A DNA stretch of 64,000 nucleotides from Amoeboaphelidium protococcarum X5 (GCA_023515725.1 JALDTO010000246.1:343680-407679); one strand, 5' to 3'. Shown: positions 15,779 through 29,963, counted from the stretch's first letter. A program made the numbers and translations. The notes: generated by a model from the sequence alone, not told the origin.

Positions 15779-16371
15779 ATTCCGTTGATAGTAAAGTAAG
15801 TATAATATATTTCAGATACAAGTTATAAGTGTTATATTGGAAAAAGAGAGGGATCTGGTATGTGTCGAGCTTATATCCGCACGGGTTAGTCATAGTTGAA
15901 TAATACTGTGGTGTCGTCGTCACAATGCAATCATCATGAAACTGATTACAACCATTGCGTGTGAAAATCGTGGTCATCAATGCAGAGTCATCCCCTGGTT
16001 AGATCACTTAATCTAGATATTGCATGAATTCTAAGAGACATCCCGATGTAAAGTTATGTTTAACAATATACTATGGCTGAATGATAGTTCTGAACACTAT
16101 AGTATAGTCTATATAGAATGCCATGTGAATCATACTTCCCAAAGAATCGCGAGATTAACCTGATGAAACGACGCGGTCTATTTATAGCTTGTGATGAAGA
16201 CTGATATCGTTGTTAATCCCTCCATTATATTATATGGGGGTGTGATATTCTTAACTTTTTAAATCCTTTATATATTGCATCAATTACAAAGATTATTGCA
16301 CCTTCTTATTTTAAATAGAATTTAAATCTTTTACAACTAGAGCGTGAGAAATTGAATTAACTTCAGCCAAG

Positions 16372-19300
16372 ATGAGTGATTCGACAACAGACAATTCAGG
16401 GGAGGTAAAAATCATCTTAAAAGTAAAATTGATCGATTGACTTCATGCTCCCTCGCCGCTCTATATGTAGGTGCTTCGCATTGAAAGTAAAATGCTGCAA
16501 AGACCGACTGGACTGTTTGGATTCTGGAATAAGATTGTGGCCGTGTCGATTTGTATCCAGAGAATTGATGACGACGTGTCAGAGATGAAGGTTGTCGATG
16601 CTCTTGATCAGGGCACCGTTCACTTCACATGTCTCCTTGTTGAGGGAAACAGACGTGTGGCTTAGAAATTCTCTGTTACATCCATCAAGGATATTTCTTT
16701 TGGTATTGCATGGCGCAAGAGTGGAGATGCCGCGACCAGCTTGCCATTGTTTGAACTATCATGCGATACTAGGCACAAGATGTAAATTCTACTCAGCTAT
16801 TGGCGATAGTACTCTAATGTCGTCATTGCTGTGGATGCTGCTGAGATTGATATTGTTTTAAAGCCTGGAGTGGATTCTATTTAGAGCACTGGCAAATCCG
16901 TACCATTTATTACGGAAGATGTTATCGTCAAGTCCACATCGATTTAGACTAAGTAGACGGATAATTATTCTACTAAACAGCGAAACGCTGTAATTATCAT
17001 TTAGAGTGTGGTTAGAATGTATTTGTAGAGGAAGAAGTATTAGCGTACTGTTAGAGATATTACTCTGGTTCAGTCATGCGTAAGGAGACATTAAGTGCGG
17101 GGACTCTTGGCGGTGGAGAAGTACTCCAAGTTGGCATAAAAGTATTAGCCTCACAGGACACGGGTCGTGATGGAATTATACTCGACAGAAGTGAATTATG
17201 TCACATAGCTGGATCAGCTGGTGAGGCTATTCCTTAAACCGCTGCGTTCACTGTGTGGAGTGTAGGATTCTTTATCCTATTCTACCGGTTACTCTGTGGA
17301 TAAAGTCTCATCTCAGCCTAGTCTGGCACCTTCTAGTTCTTCGGGTAATGCACCATCTCCTCAGCATAGTCACATGTCTTCATTAGCTAAAGAGATGGGT
17401 ATTGATCCGGAGATTATAAGTACAATTTTCATGAATGTGGAAGATATTGCTGATAAGCATAAATAGTTTGTAAATAATTTCAAATCAGTCATTGATGGAT
17501 GGGATGAGTACAGCTGCATCGGGTAATTGGTTGGTTAATTTGCAGAATAGCTGAGATTGTATAGTGTGTATGCCACAGGATTCTAGGAGTCTAAAAATAC
17601 TCTGGTGAAGTGTATGAAGAACGCCGCCTTTGCCCAGTACGTGGAGACTGTGTAGTAGTTGAAAGAGGTCAAGAGGTAGGACTTGTCATCATTGTTGATT
17701 CTACCTATTCAGCGAATTCCTCGTTATGAACTCTTGTTGAAAGATTTTATCAAGCACACCTGGAATATCCATCCGGACTATGTTCATCTTTAACAGGCCC
17801 TGATCAAGGTGAAAGATGCTGCAGTGAGAGTGAACAGAGCCAAAGCGTATCATGAAAACAAGTCCAAGTTGTAATCACTACAAGCGCAATTAAATAGCGC
17901 GTCCACCTCACTGGCATTTTCGCAATTCAATCTCAGCCTATCACCGGACGCTGATAGTAAACGCTCTGAGATGTTGAAAGGCAAAGCTGGTGGTTCAATG
18001 TACTTATTTGGAACTAATGCCAGTGCTCCATTTGTTGGAAATATCATCAATAATAATAATGGGAATGCTAATGGTAACAAGGGAAAGTCTACTGATTTGG
18101 ATATTCTGGAACTGAAAAGAGTTTCTAGTGGTTCATAATATTCTGGATTTCTGTCAAATCCTTCGGGGACTATTGGCTCTACCACGACTGCTGCTGCTAC
18201 AACAACAAATACAGTCACTGACTAGAAGTCAAGTACCATTACTAGTGGTGTATCTGCTAGCTAGCTAGAAGAAAATTATCTTGGTGAAGGTGAGTTGGTG
18301 TATTATCAGCCTACACAAGTACCCGTTGTTGAGTAGCAGATTTAGTAGTAGTAGGAAGATCCATTATAGAAAAGTGCCCAGGAGAAGGCACAAAAGGAAT
18401 AGCCTCAGGAGACTCAACCACCCCTTCAATCTACTCCTTCAAGCGCGTCATTATCGCAATCAAAGCCTTAGAAGTTGAAGAAGCTGAGAAAGAGTAAATC
18501 TAAAGAATTCAAGCATCAAGAGAGTAAAGCTACATCTGTCAATACCGTCAAGATGAAGCCGAACATCGACATTGATGATCTATTGACAGCTGGTGATGAC
18601 GATGAGTTCGCAATGGGTAACTAAAATGATACTTTGCATAGTCCACTGTCACCTAGGACTGAATTGAAGCTTGTGCCTCTGTAAACCTTTGCATTTCTAT
18701 TTGCGGATTCTCTGGTACTGACTAAGCGCGAATCTCATTCGAAACTCTCTGGATAAAAGTTGGTCAAGTCAAAGCAGGCCAGAGTTAGAGCAGAGACTTT
18801 CAAGTATCAGCCTATTCTGACAATTAATCTCTGTGCCGCTCAGTTTATTGAAGACATACCGTATCCACAGAATGGTGAGATTGAGGATCCTTTGAAGAGG
18901 AAAGAGGTGAGAAAATAGTTTATCATCATTGACGAGAATGATGTGGAACATAAATTCGCCGCAGAGTCTGTTGATTAGAAAGCAAGGTGGGCGTATGACA
19001 TTAAAGAGGCGCTGAGTAGACATAAGACGCGTACTTTTAATACCACTAATAGTACATTTAGTAAAGTATCAGCTTCCCAAGATTAGGCAATGTTCACAAT
19101 TCCAGATATAGCTATCGATGAACTCTCTGAGTCTGCGTCAAACAGTCAGAATGGCTCACAGTCGCTGAGAAGTACTCAGAATTACAGTCATTACGCGTCT
19201 ATCGGTAATATCAGTGTGGATGCGCGCGTGGATAAGACACCGCGATAATCTGATGCCTTGAAGCCTTTAAGTAAAAGCCCTCCTCGCCGTGTCTCATCCG

Positions 19301-19458
19301 CTGTAGAGCTATCTTCACCCACAAGTTCATAGAATGGTGATGATATTGACAGTACAGTGTTCAACGTTGACAAGGTGAAAGTTTTGAAAAAGCAAGCTAC
19401 CAGCATATCTCAATTTACCGCTGCTTCTGCTGCACCATCATCCACTTAAATGAAATGA
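16372..19458 (+). CDS. Rho guanine-nucleotide exchange factor (PH-like, 2xIQ, DH, split PH), intron 16405-16470
   Basis: IQ motifs IIIQSVVRMYLQRK and TLVQSCVRRHQVR; DH signatures MELYSTEVNYV and LSSLLILPIQRIPRYELLLK; PH end HKFAAESVDQKARWAYDI. Confidence 0.9.
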
Positions 19459-19570
19459 TGTTTTTGTTGTTGAAAAGAATAGAATAGAGTAGAGAATTTC
19501 ATATCATTTACTAGTTACTTTGCAAGTTAAAATTAACATCATTCTTCTGTTATGACGCCAACCAAAAAGT

Positions 19571-19978
19571 TCATGGAAGCAATTCTTTAATTTTCTATCG
19601 CTCCACTTTGTAAGATTTCAAGTCTTCCAGTAGAAGAGCTTTATTCAAATCCAAAATCGTCACTTATACACGCCTAATACACCCGCTGACATGCACAATA
19701 TTAAGTACATCTGATAACTAATTACTCAAGCACTGTCTTAAATACTATGCAGATTCACGCGCCACTCTGAATATACATAATCTTGTAGTGGGATTGTAAT
19801 ACTTTACACCAGATCTGGACAAGAACAAAATCACGCCGCGCTCACCAAACTCACTGAGCATCGCTTATTAAATCAGCTCATACACTTGTCCTTAGGATTT
19901 CAAAGTACTATTTCCACTGCTTTATTATTGTTATTACTGAAATTTGATCAGAAAATATCTGCTCTAAACGCGCACCAT
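19571..19978 (-). CDS. POP5: RNase P/MRP protein subunit Pop5
   Basis: Absent from the ORF track. MVRVQSRYFLI, FGERG, VKYYNPTTRLCIFRVAR and IVHVSGCIRR match Pop5; poly-Q encoded by CAG/TAA/CAA. Confidence 0.88.
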
Positions 19979-20116
19979 TTTCCCTTCTACTGGTCTTACC
20001 AGGGCGATGATAATAAAGCTAACTGAAAAGTTGAGAAATCTTTTTTCTTGTTCTATCTGCTCCAACCAAGTACTGTCTGTTCAGGGTTCCCAGTACTCTG
20101 TAAATTCTATCATAAA

Positions 20117-21217
20117 ATGAAATTAACAGGATTGTTAAAGCTTGTGGATAAATGCTGTTGTGTATTACATTTGAGCTGTAGAGATGAAGAAGTGCAAAAT
20201 ATAAATCAAGAGTCTTTATAGTACTTGGAAAGTATCATTTGCGGCCAGATTGCTGATATCATTCATAATGTCATTGTATTGGATTGTGAATATTAGCACT
20301 AGTATTAATAGTAATCATCATCATCATCATCCAAATCATCGAAGAAGATGTCGCTCTCATTAGTCCCTATACTTTTTGCCATTAGAAATTCTCATATATA
20401 TCAGGATTGTTTGCAGTATATCAGGTGGATAAATATCAAGGATTCAATTCTGAAATGTACCAACATTACGCAGGCGGACTTTGATTTTGACTTTCACTAT
20501 CCGAATATGCCTTGGTAAGACGTATTGCCTCAGCTCTTGGAAGATTATTAGACTGGATTGGATCAAGCATCCGATATATCTAATGACTTGTAATTGATGG
20601 CTGACTTGAAGCAAGTCACTGAGGTGGGCACTGATAAGTTTAGTCTTGTAACAGATGATATTGACTCGCTGATTAATTTTGATACTGGCGTTGTGTAATT
20701 ATTGGAATTTATCGCTTTAAAGTTGGCAAAGTTTTATATTTATCACGCGTTATAGTTGAAGATTTAATGGCTCAATCTGCCTAATAATAACAGTTAATAG
20801 TTGCAGCATCTAGAGTAATAAAAGGGTCAAGACTCGGCGTAATCTTCAGCATCGCGATCTAAACCGGTCTCTTTGATGGATCATAGTTAGAAAGAATTGG
20901 CTTCCTATCGACAGTATTCGCCGTTCCATATTGATAGTAATAATAATCACCATCATTCCAAGAGTTAGGTACAGCATTCATAAAGTCAGTACGTATCAGA
21001 GCAAGATTAATCGGCCAAGTCGAATGTTCAAGATGCTTCTGTACTGTTAATCAGTCGTGATATTTTGCTGGAAGTTTGGCGACGTAATTATTAACATTCA
21101 CTCAATCTCTCTCCTTAATCTATCCCTGTTAGATTGCCTTCTTAGCGTTAGATTGATCTCCAACTACCTTCCACGTAATAGAATAAAATTAAGAGATCTT
21201 TTGTACGAAATATGTGA
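20117..21217 (+). CDS. Hypothetical protein, 366 aa
   Basis: Long frame without TGA and protein-like composition; start uncertain (20117 or 20348). Confidence 0.6.
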
Positions 21218-21380
21218 ATTTTGTCAATAAATTTGTTTTTCTGTCTCTAGTTAAGTTTACTGCTCAGTTTCTTGCTAGTATGTAGATACTAGCGTTCATA
21301 ACTCTTCAACGTTAAAACTCGTAAAAATAATATGATTAAATAGTACTATATATATTTCATTCAGGCCAATAAAGAGATAT

Positions 21381-23183
21381 TCAACGGAAGCGCGACTGCT
21401 GATATTAACTCATTCCTCTAGGCCGCTAGGCACTATTAGACTAATGTTGTTCATTGTTATGTGATGAATTACCGCCTTTCTACGCGTGATTAGACGGACC
21501 TGAGTTATCATGAACACCCAATTCTCTGAGGTGACGATTATCATGTCTGCTATGCTGTGGAGGAGGAGCTCGATGAGATGGCGGCTATGGTGCGTGTTAT
21601 TACGGACGAGCAGATGTTAAATGATCACCAGCAGCATTATGATGACGATTTGACGGATGTTAAGAATGATGATACTACTACTACTACTATTATTGATGAG
21701 TTAAATGACGATGTTATTCACGAGAGTGAGCATGACCATGAGCTGCAGGAGGAACACGACGCATTTCATGAATATCTTAACGATGTTACTGAGGTTGCTA
21801 TATTCTATCTCTCATTGCATGGGTCTCGTGATGCCGACTAGTGTTACTTCGCGGAGGAGCAATAGGCACAGCAGTTGGACCCTTACGGCTATGATTAGGT
21901 GAACTTCCATGTCTTTGCGAAGGAGCAGCATTTAAATAATCGCTGCGAGATGATGATGGTCCAGACGCATCTGACACTTTGCGAGGGATATTCCTATGTA
22001 ACTTCATCGTTGGATCAGTATTATAATTGTAACCATCCCGATCTCTAAACCCAACTTCATCATCATCATCACCAGTCGTACATGAAGGCGGCGGAGGATT
22101 CAGCATCACAGTGTCTCGACGCGTAGAATGTGCGCCACCACTACTGCTATGACTATCATGATTCGTACTATCATCAGTGTCGCTGTACGTATCAGAATGA
22201 GATATATAGCCATTCTTTGGGAATTGCAGTTCAATGTCATCCACAATATCAGGCAACTTGGGCTCCTTGCCATCAAAATTATTGTTTCCATTGTGCATTT
22301 TCTTCTTGTATTACAGCAGCTGCTTCTATGCAGTATAAGACTTCTTGTTCTTGTATGCTGACAATTGCGCCTACTCAGCCTTTCTGCTTTCATTTTTAGC
22401 AATCAGCTGTGCAATTCTCTTGTCAACCTTGTGGCAACAGTACTCTTTCAAGTTACCTCTAATCTCACAAATCATTGGAATGTAGATAATCACAGCAATC
22501 AAGTGAGAGAAGGCAGAGAAAAGATAGATCAACACGGCAAGCGCCACAAGCAACAGCAAGACAAAGACACGATTGTCTTCCATGTAAGGCCTTAAAGCAT
22601 TCTGGCCATCCTAATAGTTTAGACTAATCAGCACAAGCACAAGCCAATACATATTGATTCCCGCTCTGGGAGTCTCTGCAAAGATCAGACGCTTCCAGCC
22701 ACGTAGACGAAAGAAGACAAATAAGGACAGAGTGTCCTTGAATCGCTTCATATCATTAATCTCCTCAAAGAAGCAAAAGTAGTCATACTTTTTAAAAGCA
22801 TAGTAACGATAGGCAATCTCATTGGTAAATGTAAAGGAGATGTCTTGAGATTTTATAATCTTACGCGCCTTCTTAAAATCAATAAGCAGTAGTGCCAGCG
22901 AGGCCAGCACAGAGAAGAGATAAATATATTTGAAGAATTCGACAATACGAGGATCACCACCAGCAAAAGTAACAGCTTCATCAGCAGCCAGAAACTGGAA
23001 AATAATAGAGGATATATCAGCCACGTACAGCATGAATCCCTTAAAGGCCAGCACGTAAAGAAACGCGTACTTCAGCCGCCTAAACACTGAATCCTTACCT
23101 CTGAATTCATGCACATCAATATAGCTAAATTTATGGTCAACCACTGTTTCCCTCTTCCATTTAGGAGGCATACAACACGACAT
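21381..23183 (-). CDS. Kch1/Kch2-like membrane protein with long low-complexity His/Gln/Pro tail
   Basis: PKWKRE, DHKFSYIDVHEF, IIKSQDISFTFTN, YDYFCFF, WKRLIFAETPR and IRGNLKEYCCHKVDKRI; track ORFs 22611, 22371 and 21798 share one frame. Confidence 0.85.
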
Positions 23184-23449
23184 TTTATAAACAGAGATTA
23201 CAATAAAAAATTAATGGTGGATTTATTCAAAGTATCGAGTGTTGTTTAATCAATCTTGAGAATGAAATAGTTCAGATCAGGCGAATGGCCGAGAATGGAA
23301 AGCGATCGTTTCACAAGTCTTGGCTGATTGGCCGGGCGCGTTCTGCGGTGAAACATTGATGCGTGCACTGAAAACAACGCTTGTAGACGCGCATCTTACC
23401 ATGAAAGTGGTGATAATGATGATTCCAAAACACTTATTTTATATTGCAT

Positions 23450-24394
23450 TCACACTTAACTTTCGGTGCCATTGTTGTTGTTGTTAGAGATCTGCGATAC
23501 TCTGTGATCGGTTTCATCACTATTCATTAGCGTAGATTTAGTGGAAGCTGTATTCTGGATTGAATTATTTGCGATACAAGCTTTATCGGATGATTGATTA
23601 TTGTTGCTTGACATTGGCAGCTTCGCCTTGAGACCCATTTATCTCTAATAATTGTTGATTGTAACCTTCATAATGACAAGAGTCAGCCCGACCAACACAA
23701 AGCTCAGGCAGATTATAGAGTACAACAGCATATTAAGGAGGCCGCTCACAAAGCTCGTCACTGCTCCGAGTACACCGCCTATTAAGACTATAACGAGGCT
23801 AACTATACCGTATTTGCTGATCATAGAGAATATGGTGGCATTGGGAGACTTGAATGATTTTTAAATCTTTCTCAGGTAATTAGTCAGACCGACAGTATAG
23901 ATGATCTCCAGAGCAATCATGGCCAAATCTGCCACTGCAATGTGGACAGCCTGGAAAAAATACGCTATATATTATTTTTAAAAGACGCTGTAAGCTATTT
24001 GGAACGCCGGATAGAGTGCAAATAGAATGGTGCAGATCCAAAGTATGATTTTAGTCAGACGATAATACGATGTAAATTGAAGGATCGCATCAGATCGGAG
24101 GAAAATTATCTGAATGTAACAAACCACCAGCACAGCGAGACAGACAGCCTCAATGGAGCGAATAAGCAATAAATTTTACTGATAGTCTACGAGAGACGAG
24201 TATTTAATCGAACAATAAGCAGTAGTCGATATCAAGTAGATTATCAAGAGTAGATCAAACTTATTTTTAAACAGAGCTCGCAATTCGATATGTTATACTA
24301 TGAGCAGGTAGAACACGTACCAACAGACCAGAGATAGTGCAAGAAACGCCATAGACACGCATGATCCCAGAAACAATTACTAAGCCAGAAACAT
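23450..24394 (-). CDS. Seven-transmembrane (GPCR-like) protein, 314 aa
   Basis: Seven hydrophobic segments followed by a Ser/Asn-rich cytoplasmic tail; continuous frame under TAR=Gln. Confidence 0.75.
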
Positions 24395-24718
24395 AAGAAA
24401 GAAATTTCACTATTTATATTTTATAATCTTTGTTAGTCAGAAGGACAAAATAAGCACTGCTATATATATATATGGTTCATAAGACGTGTATGGAATCCGA
24501 GATTTTCCAACTATTCGACCATGATCATTCGAAATAGAGTGCCAACCAATCAGAGACGGCAGTATCAGAATTTTACTTGCTCTTCATTGAGGCGCATGAA
24601 GCACGCGGATTGGCGGGCTAGGCGTTAAAAATCGAATTTCGCACATTTGTGATCAGATTGCGCCACGGATTTGCAAAGATCGACATTTGTTTCCACACAC
24701 AAAAAATAAACAACAATC

Positions 24719-25198
24719 ATGAATCGTGGTCAAAGAGGCGGAAGACAAACAACTGCTGATGAACGCCAGTAATTGATGGACTACTTTGGTATTGCTGGCG
24801 TGAGAACAGTTGATGAGCTGGAGCAAGGCGCCCAATGGATGCGTTAATTCTTCCAACAAGAATTGAACCCAATTCCTGGAATCAAAATTATCACGTATGA
24901 GTCCGATCTTGGTCGTGGCAACTTTGACATGGACGGCCCACGCGTCACGTCCACCTCGTATAGAGAATTGTCGGACAACATGAAGCAAGTGTTCACTACG
25001 ACTGCTGGTATTACTGTGCGCATCTTCACCGACCAGACTGATGAGAAGAATGGTTTGCCGATCAAACGCATGCGTATGTACATCATCTAGCCTGGTGGAC
25101 AGTGGATGCGTGCTCCTGTTGACGCGGTTCGCTGGGCTCAGAATACTGATTCCAGAACTGGACGCCAGTTGACCCCTGAACCAGCGTTAGAGAAATGA
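24719..25198 (+). CDS. Small hypothetical protein, 159 aa, probably highly expressed
   Basis: ATG in a CAACAATCATG context, strong codon bias (ATC/TTC/AAC/CGT/GGT), TGA at 25196-25198. Confidence 0.75.
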
Positions 25199-25499
25199 AT
25201 GGCTTATACGAATGCAATATGAGAATGAATTTTAAATGTCGATTTGCGTATGATTCTTTCATTGTTGTTTAATTAAAAAGTAAGATAGAGTTTCAGTTTT
25301 ATTAAAATGTCAAGATGATCTTTGCGCATCTTGTTTCATTTCAAGCACAAGCTTTGCAATGCGATACTGGATAGACAGCGAAATGAAAAATGCGATGCAC
25401 ACTAATAAATTTAGCCCGCTTTCATTTATAATGTGTTATTCTTTAAATTATTTTAAAAGCAACAAACTTACTCGACAATGCAGCAGTGATTATTAATAA

Positions 25500-26485
25500 T
25501 CAGGTTCTGTTGAGTGTAGACATTAAGTTATGTCCATCAGCGTTGTCACAGTCCGCAAAAGGCGATGAAACCTCTTAACTACCTTCATCATCAACGTCAG
25601 AGTCACTGGTAGTAGATTCGTGTTCTGCATCTTTTTCGATGTTTAATACTTCGCAACTGCTCTTTTGGTGAGCCTCAATGTTCTACTTCCCAACAAACTT
25701 CCAACAATGAGGACAATATTCCTAGGATCTAGTGCGAGCAAGCTAATTGTGAGCCGCAATTAGATTGCTCGAAGGCCTAGTCTCTGAATCAATACGCAAG
25801 TCTATCTTGGTTATTTGATTCCTGTGGATCCAGCGCTCGTATAGGACTATAACGCGTCCATCATCTTCGAACATCCACTAAAATAAGTCATAACTTTGTT
25901 CCAAGTCCTTCCGCAATAAAATTCCATTTTTGGGAGAGTACTCGAAATCACGACTTATGAGTTACAATTAATTTAAGGGCACTATGTGGGCTGAAACCAA
26001 CTCCTTAAGATCACTTTCACCGGTTGCAACACAATAACCGTCTCGCTTAGTTATTGCTTTCCTCATCTTTTACATTGCCCCTTTCTTACGATTTACGTGC
26101 CGACCGGTAGAGCATACGCCGCATTAGGAATATGAACGACACGAATTTTTTGATGATACTGAGGAATCCAATGATTCTACACTAAGAGGTGAACTTCAAA
26201 CTTGATGTGCTATTGATACTTACCATTAGAGTTGGCTGAAGAATGTGATATCATTCGACTTTCCCTTAGAAATAGTTTTATTATGTCCGTTAGACCATGC
26301 AGAGCTGATGTACGTGAATATAATATAGCTGTTAAACCATTTGTTATATTTTCAGACTTTCGTTCTGCAATAGCTGTCTTTAAATCCATCTCAGCTTCAT
26401 CTAGCTTTTCTAAGGCTTACTTGAGTTGTGCCTAAAGATCAGGTATTGACTTCTTTAACTGATCCGAATCTTGCTAAAAACTCAT
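25500..26485 (-). CDS. HNH-type endonuclease-domain protein with N-terminal coiled coil and C-terminal Zn finger, intron 26177-26223
   Basis: RDGYCVATG, VSAHIVP and NGILLRKDLEQSYD (HNH_2-like); CPHC...H...C; a 47-nt GTAAGT...TGTAG intron restores the frame. Confidence 0.8.
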
Positions 26486-26748
26486 TATGTCAAAGAAATA
26501 AAATGATGTGTTTATATCTTGAATGTGGTATCTGAGTTAGATTTAAAAAAATAAGGGCAGCAATGTCATTGAAAAACCAATAGAGTCGTGAAACCAATCT
26601 AGATCTGTCCAATCGCGTTTCGCTCTGATCGGTTCTGATTCTGAAGCGCGTGAACCAAAACAAATGCTGGCTCGAGCAGGCAAGAAACAAAATGACCGAA
26701 AGCTTCAGTCATGAATGCGTCATATCGATCCTACTTTATATAGAGAGA

Positions 26749-29586
26749 TCAAAATAATCCTTTAATTCTTCCATCTTGGCCCAATTCAATGTCGTAGAAA
26801 GAAGGACGCGTTGGGAGACCAGGCATTGTCTGAATATCACCGACGAGTGGGTACACGAACCCGGCTCCAGCACTAACTCTGACATCCTTGATAGGTAGCA
26901 GGAAGCCAGATGGTGCATTCTTCATTTTAGGGTCAGCAGAGAAGCTGTACTGAGTCTTGGCCATACAAATTGGTAAAGAACCATAACCGAGCTCTTCAAA
27001 CTTTCTCACCTTTCCAGCCGCGACATCACTCAACTGGATATCCTGGGCGGAATACATTTCTACGGCAATCTTTCTAATCTTGTCCACCAACGACAAACCT
27101 TCTAGCTCATACAAAAACTTGAAATCTGGATTAGGAGCAGGATGAGATTCACAAGCACTTACAACTGCTTGAGCCAGATCCAGAGCCCCTTTGCCACCGT
27201 CACTCCAATGACTTGCAGATACTGATGCGAATGCACCAACTTCCATCGCAGCCTAACGCACCATCTCAATTTCATAATCTGTATCAGTAGTGAATCTATT
27301 GACAGCGACAACAACTGGCATTCCATACTTTTTAGCATTCAGAATGTGACGCTGCATATTCTTGCATCCTTCCTTTACCAAATCAACACGCTCAGTACGG
27401 TATTCTGGTGCTAGCTACCTACCAGCTACCACGTCCGCACCACCACCATGCATTTTAAGAGCCTTAATAGTTGCCACCAGGACTACACAATCAGGCACCA
27501 GACCGCTGTACCTACATTTCAAATTGAAAAACTTTTCCATCCCGATATCAGCTCCAAAACCTGCCTCTGTGACAACAAATCCGCGCTAAGTCTCAGCATG
27601 GCTCTTTTCAGTACCAACCAATTTTAAAGCTATATAATCAGCAATGATAGAGCTATTACCAGAGGCAAGGTTAGCAAAAGGCCCTGCATGAACAAATACT
27701 GGACCACCTTCTAGAGTTTGCATCAAGTTCGGCATGATTGCATCCTTCATCAGAACTGTCAACGCGCCAGTTACTCCAATGTCGTCAGCTGTCACAGCTT
27801 TGCCTTTCTTGTCGTAAGCAACAATCATCTAGCCGAATCTCTCATCCATATCATTAATGCCTGTGGTGAGAGCGAGTGTAGCCATAATCTCTGATGCGAC
27901 GGTAATGTCAAAGCTAGTCTCTCTGGTACGTCCCTGTTCAGTAGCATTCTACCCAATAGTAATCTTGCGCAAGAACCGATCATTGGTGTCCATGACACGA
28001 TTCCACATCACTGTGTTTGGATCAATGTTTAAACGCACGAATCTGGACCGCTCCTCTTCAGTCAACTCGGCTGGATCATTCTTACCCACAATGCCCAGCT
28101 TCTGCAATCTTCTCTTCATGATATTAGTAAAAGATCTCGTGCCATTCTTCTGTGGGCACAGTCGATCAAATAGAGCCTTGTCAGATTACGTGGATTCATG
28201 GAATATACGAGCGTCAATAGCAGCTGCCAACAAGTTATTAGCTGCAGTCACAGCGTGTAAGTCACCAGTCAAATGCAAATTGAACTCGTCCATCGGAATC
28301 ACTTGTGCATATCCACCACCTGCTGCTCCTCCTTTGATTCCAAAAGTAGGACCTTGAGATGGCTATCTCACACACGCAAATGCAGGACGATTCAGATGCG
28401 CAGTCAGAGCTTGACAAAGTCCAACGGTTGTGGTGGATTTACCTTCTCCAAGAGGTGTTGGTGTTATACCAGTCACCACAACATAATGGCCATTCTGTCT
28501 ATGCTTTAGACGCTCCAAAACTGACAAATGAACTTTAGCTTTATATTGACCATATAGATCAAACTCCCCACGCAAGAGACCAACTTCCTATGCCAACTAC
28601 TGAATAAATTTGGGCTATTACGCGTAAGCAATATCAATATCACTAGGAACAGGACGCTTCAAATTAAGCGGTTGAGGTGTCAAAGTCAACGGTCTTAGAT
28701 CAGATTCAAGTCTCTAAATGGCTGACAATACAGTATTCTGCAACAGCATGGCGACAGTCATTGGACCAACGCCGCCTGGAACTGGCGTGATCATAGCGGC
28801 TCTCTCAGCAGCAGCGCCGAATTCCACATCACCCACCCATCTGAAGCCAGTCTTCTTACTCTGATCCGGGACAGCATTGGTTCCAACATCCACAACAACA
28901 GCACCAGCTTTGATGGAGGCACCCTTGATAAATTCTGGCGAGCCAACGGCGACAATAACCACGTCAGCCTAGGACACCAACTGATCCAAATTGCGCGTCT
29001 TAGAATGGCACAGAGTTACGGTGCAATTGGCTTCGTTCAACAGGTGGAACATTGGCATACCCACAATATTGGATCTGCCGACAACTACAGCACTTTTACC
29101 GCTCAACTCTACTCCAAATTATTTAAGCAATTCCATAATGCCTTTAGGAGTGCATGGCAGAAATTGAGGTACTGCGCCTTTCTTAGCCAGCGATCCAATA
29201 TTCAAAGTATGAAATCCATCCACATCCTTTCTAACATCAATCGACTCCGTGACCAGATCAGAGTTTATATGTGCAGGTAGTGGAAGTTGGACAATCAAAC
29301 CATGAACGGACGCGTCACAATTAACTTTCTCAATTGTCTTCAACAGCTACTGCTGGCTAATCTGTTCCGGCAGCAGAATATGATCCAACTGAATACCAAC
29401 ATCCTCTGCAGCCTTGATCTTCATTCGAACGTATGCATTAGAATCCTGCCTGTCACCAACCTGAACGATAGCCAGACGCGGTTGGAATTGGGGATAATTA
29501 GCTTTGTACTATGCAATTTGGCCTTTCAACTTGTCCGTGCACTGTTTCGCTATAGCCTTACCATCAATAATTTTGGCATTAGTCAT
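26749..29586 (-). CDS. ADE3: C1-tetrahydrofolate synthase (trifunctional), 945 aa
   Basis: [56 protein letters not shown] and MPGLPTRP. Confidence 0.97.
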
Positions 29587-29963
29587 TCTAAATGATGATT
29601 ATGAAAAATGTCTTGTTCTATTAGTACTATTAGGAGTTTATTCTAAATGCAAACGGCGCCTGGTAACGTGGGAAAGTCTCAGCATAGGAATTCACACGAG
29701 AATTTTGAGAAAAGATTTTTTAGAAGCAGAGCCTTACGAATTTAGTGCCGCGTTATGAGAGCATTATCAAGACTTGGATTCAAACAATCATTGGTAAGCT
29801 GTATATAAAGCAGATGAACAGAATATAATATTTTAAGCTCTACGATACACTTCAATGACTTCATACGTGTTTGCTTTATAGTAAGTAGCAAAACAACACG
29901 GGGGTAGAAAACATTGTCTTTTTCTGACTGTTTAAGTTCTGCGAAAATTAATACAAAGGGAAA

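Noticed and set aside
21557-22399. Plus-strand acidic/His-rich ORFs
   Set aside because: Antisense shadows of the low-complexity tail of the Kch1-like gene.
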